64,000 bases of DNA from an uncultured Gemmatimonadaceae bacterium (lineage in GTDB: Bacteria > Gemmatimonadota > Gemmatimonadetes > Gemmatimonadales > Gemmatimonadaceae). The notes beneath the pieces are model-generated. The model made no database searches. It was not told the DNA's origin and was given only the letters and a program-made list of their open reading frames with translations. Location: the NCBI GenBank assembly GCA_963781585.1, contig CAWAGQ010000010.1:160001-224000 (forward strand). The letters are read 5' to 3'. Within the stretch, counting starts at the first letter, position 1. Each line of letters opens with the position of its first letter. This document shows positions 61,187 through 64,000 of the stretch, piece after piece. The position numbers were made by a program, and so were the translations under genes.

Positions 61187-61711
61187 GTGTCCCAAGCGTA
61201 CCCTCACACCCTGGCGCTGTCGCGGAGAGTCCTCCGTGTGCTGATCAAGCTCAATCTGCTCGCGGGCCTCCTCATCCTGGCTTTGCTGATTGCCAGCCTG
61301 ATCGCCGAAGCCCCGGTCATGCGAGCCCTCGGTGCAACACCCGCGTCCGGCGATTCCATGCTCTTCGCGGGCATGCGCGTGATCATGGTGATCGGCATTG
61401 TCGCCGTGCCAGTTGTGCACTTCGTCCTCTCGCGGCTCCTGACCATCGTCGAAACCGTCAGCGTCGGGAATCCCTTCGTGGCGGCGAACGCGGCGCGCCT
61501 GCAGGCAATCGCCTGGGCGATCCTGATACTCGAGCTGATGCACTTCGCCGTGGGCGCCGTTGCAGCCGGCGTATCCTCGGCCGCGGCACCGCTCAACATC
61601 GGCTGGAGTTTCTCCCTGTCGCGATGGCTCGCGGTGCTGCTCCTCTTCGTGTTGGCGCGCGTCTTCGAAACTGGCGCACGCATGCGCGAAGATCTCGAAG
61701 GGACGGTCTGA
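61187..61711 (+). CDS. DUF2975-family membrane protein
   Basis: GNPF...NA.RL..IAW; LARVFE.G..MREDLEGTV C-terminus; RBS AAGGAGG. Confidence 0.88.
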   Translation: MSQAYPHTLALSRRVLRVLIKLNLLAGLLILALLIASLIAEAPVMRALGATPASGDSMLFAGMRVIMVIGIVAVPVVHFVLSRLLTIVETVSVGNPFVAANAARLQAIAWAILILELMHFAVGAVAAGVSSAAAPLNIGWSFSLSRWLAVLLLFVLARVFETGARMREDLEGTV

Positions 61712-61713
61712 CC

Positions 61714-61965
61714 ATGGCGATCATGGTCAAGCTGGACGACATGCTCTATGCGCGCCGGATGACGCTGACGGAGCTGTCCGAGAGAATCGGAATCACACTC
61801 GCCAACCTGTCGATCCTGAAGACCGGCAAGGCACGGGCGGTCCGCTTCTCCACACTCGATGCCATCTGCAAGGTACTGCAGTGCCAGCCGGGTGACCTGC
61901 TCGAATTCGCCCCGCCTGCGAATGAATCGCTGAAGCCGAGGCAGCGGACTCGCACGGCCACGTGA
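61714..61965 (+). CDS. YozG-like Cro/XRE HTH regulator
   Basis: MAI.V.LD.ML..R.MTLTEL..RIGIT.ANLSILKTGKARAVRFSTL.AIC..L.CQPGDLL. Confidence 0.92.
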   Translation: MAIMVKLDDMLYARRMTLTELSERIGITLANLSILKTGKARAVRFSTLDAICKVLQCQPGDLLEFAPPANESLKPRQRTRTAT

Positions 61966-62096
61966 CTGAACCTGATTCGGACACTACGGAATAACGCCGA
62001 TCACACCATGACCAGGAACTCAGTGCCACGCGCCCATGATCGACCTGATTCGCATCCGCGTTTGAGTGGAATGCATTCGCCTCAGGGGGAACGAGT

Positions 62097-62840
62097 ATGA
62101 ACGGCACTGCGTCAATGGGGCGGCTGACGGACATGTCGCCGCGGTTGAAGGCCAGACTTGCCGGCGCGTTCTACCTGGTCACCATGGTGGCGGGAGTATT
62201 CGCCCAGAACTTCGTGAGCGGCAGGCTCGTCACACCCGGCGACGCCGCAGCGACTGCGACCAACATCCTGGCGCACGAGTCGCTGTTTCGGTTTGGATTC
62301 GCAGTGTACCTCATCGAAATGGCGTGCCAGATCACGATGACGGCGCTCTTCTACGACTTGCTCAAGCCGGTGAGCCGGAGCGTGTCCCTGCTGGCGGCAA
62401 TCTTCAGCCTCGTCGGTTGCACCATCAAGACGCTGAGCCGCCTCTTCTTTTTCGTCCCATTGCTCGTCCTGGGAGGCGGGCACTACCTGAGCACATTCAG
62501 CCCCGGGCAGTTGCAGTCGTTGTCGCTCCTCTTTCTCCGCGTGAATTACCAGGCCGAGACAATCGCCATGGTGTTCTTTGGGTTGTATGCACTCGTGAAA
62601 GGCTACCTCGTGTTCAGGTCCACCTTTCTTCCCCGACTTCTTGGTGTGCTGTCGGCCGTTGGAGGTTTGGGTTGGCTGACCTATCTGTACGAGCCGTTCG
62701 CAGCGCGTATCCTCCCGTTCATACTGGCCGCCGCTTTCGTCGGAGCACTATCGAACGCCATCTGGCTCCTCGTGTACGGCGTGAACGAACAACGATGGAA
62801 GGAGCAGGCCAGCGCAGCAGCAGCTTCCATCTGGCGATGA
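62097..62840 (+). CDS. DUF4386-family membrane protein
   Basis: ARLAG.FYL, GDAAATA.NI..HE.LFR, RSTFLPR.LG, WLLV.GVN. Confidence 0.82.
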   Translation: MNGTASMGRLTDMSPRLKARLAGAFYLVTMVAGVFAQNFVSGRLVTPGDAAATATNILAHESLFRFGFAVYLIEMACQITMTALFYDLLKPVSRSVSLLAAIFSLVGCTIKTLSRLFFFVPLLVLGGGHYLSTFSPGQLQSLSLLFLRVNYQAETIAMVFFGLYALVKGYLVFRSTFLPRLLGVLSAVGGLGWLTYLYEPFAARILPFILAAAFVGALSNAIWLLVYGVNEQRWKEQASAAAASIWR

Positions 62841-62973
62841 AAGCCGTTGCCTCTGGGGGCGTGCCGACCATCGGTCCAATCATCCAGCTGAGCCGCTCCT
62901 GCGGATTCATCGGATAGCGGAACGACGGCCAGCGTCGCAGCGAACAACGGTGTCCGAGGGCACAACCCCCGTA

Positions 62974-63456
62974 TCAGCGCCCCGCCGGCTGCGCCATCTG
63001 CTTGAAGAACTCCACGGCCCGCGCATTCATCTCTCCCGGAGTGAGATCTTCCTTCCGCGTCGCGATCCACCAGGTGTAGCCCGCCGGATCCGATACGGCG
63101 CCCGCACGGTCGCCCCAGAACTGGTCAGCCATGGGCATCTGGACCGTCGCGCCCTCGCGGACGGCACGACCGAACAGCGCGTCGCTGTTTTCGACGAACA
63201 CCCACAAGGACGCGGGCGATCCACCGAACGCCTTCGGGCCTTTCCCGCCCATCATCACGTCGTTCATCATGAAGCGCGAATCTCCGATCCTGAGCTCCGC
63301 GTGCATGATCTTGCCGTCAGGCCCAACGCTGCGACTCACCTCCTCCGCGCCGAGAGCCTTCTTGTACCAGTCGATCGTCCGGGCCGCGTCGTCCAGGGTG
63401 AGTTGCGGCGAGATCGTGTGATAGCCCGCCGGGACCGGCTTCGCTGCTTTCGCCAT
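62974..63456 (-). CDS. VOC/glyoxalase family (PhnB-like) protein
   Basis: VPAGYHTISP.L, IMHAELRIGDS, DQFWGDR.G...DP.G..W; RBS GGAGG before the ATG at 63456. Confidence 0.9.
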   Translation of the reverse strand: MAKAAKPVPAGYHTISPQLTLDDAARTIDWYKKALGAEEVSRSVGPDGKIMHAELRIGDSRFMMNDVMMGGKGPKAFGGSPASLWVFVENSDALFGRAVREGATVQMPMADQFWGDRAGAVSDPAGYTWWIATRKEDLTPGEMNARAVEFFKQMAQPAGR

Positions 63457-63564
63457 CTGAACCTCCGTTGTTGCCATCGATCAGCGTCATCATCGAGGAA
63501 ACGCAGCACCATAGTCAGTGCCCGTGGCCCGACGCAAGCTGGACCCTTCGCGACGCCGCACAGA

Positions 63565-63990
63565 TCAACCCGCTGCCGCGGCGCTCGCGCGCTCGTGCAG
63601 GACTGTCCATAGCGTTCCGAACCGGTCGCGCAACTGGCCGAATCGCGTCGCAAAGAACGTCTCCTGCAGTTTCATCCCCACCTCACCGCCGTCCGCGAGC
63701 GCCGCGTAGATCCGCTCTGCTTCTTCCGCCGAGTCCAGGGAGAGGTACAGGTACGAACTCCGCACCGGCTGGAAGTGCTTCGGGGGAACGTCGTTGCCGA
63801 TCAGCTCACCGCCCGCAATGTCCATGCGAATGTGGATCACGGCATCGGCTGAGCCCGGAGGGGGTGGCACCTCGGGCGGGAGGTCCTTCACCCGCATTAT
63901 CATCGTGATGTGTCCGCCGAGGTGCTTCTCGTAGTAGCGGAACGCTTCTTCGCAGTTGCCACCGAAGTTCAGGTGTGTGTGGAGCTTCAT
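63565..63990 (-). CDS. VOC family (PhnB-like) protein
   Basis: LNFGGNCEEAF.YY...LGG, L.ETFFA.RFG...DRFG..W. Confidence 0.9.
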   Translation of the reverse strand: MKLHTHLNFGGNCEEAFRYYEKHLGGHITMIMRVKDLPPEVPPPPGSADAVIHIRMDIAGGELIGNDVPPKHFQPVRSSYLYLSLDSAEEAERIYAALADGGEVGMKLQETFFATRFGQLRDRFGTLWTVLHERASAAAAG

Positions 63991-64000
63991 CGTCGGTCTC

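Overview
GC-rich bacterial chromosome segment. The gene repertoire (PadR/ADOP permease pairs, DUF5715-LysM, Gly-rich Tat-type amidase) suggests Gemmatimonadota or a relative; this is inference. From left to right it holds: a six-tRNA cluster; a YtrA/YtrB-like GntR-ABC operon; an M13 peptidase and a TolB-like propeller; a ~12.9 kb defence island integrated in tRNA-Gly(CCC), bounded by direct repeats at 9304-9408 and 22146-22250; PadR-ADOP modules; a surface-polysaccharide modification cluster; a duplicated LytS-type kinase with a LytTR regulator; mgtA; osmC-arsR; an M48 protease; an amidase; a cold-shock gene; an unusual 157-bp tandem array of interrupted tRNA-Pro copies; and small stress genes. 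The island is the highlight. It encodes a divergent tyrosine integrase whose ORF runs through the att site, xis/mobC-like genes, and a deletion scar joining a relaxase stub to an SNF2-helicase stub. A CapH/CapP-like XRE plus HExxH peptidase pair sits divergently from one co-directional run of genes: a Ubl, E2 and JAB-E1 fusion (Bub-like bacterial ubiquitination; the E1 has no Cys in its crossover loop), followed directly by a complete qatABCD anti-phage system. All family assignments come from motifs recognised by eye; no database searches were run.
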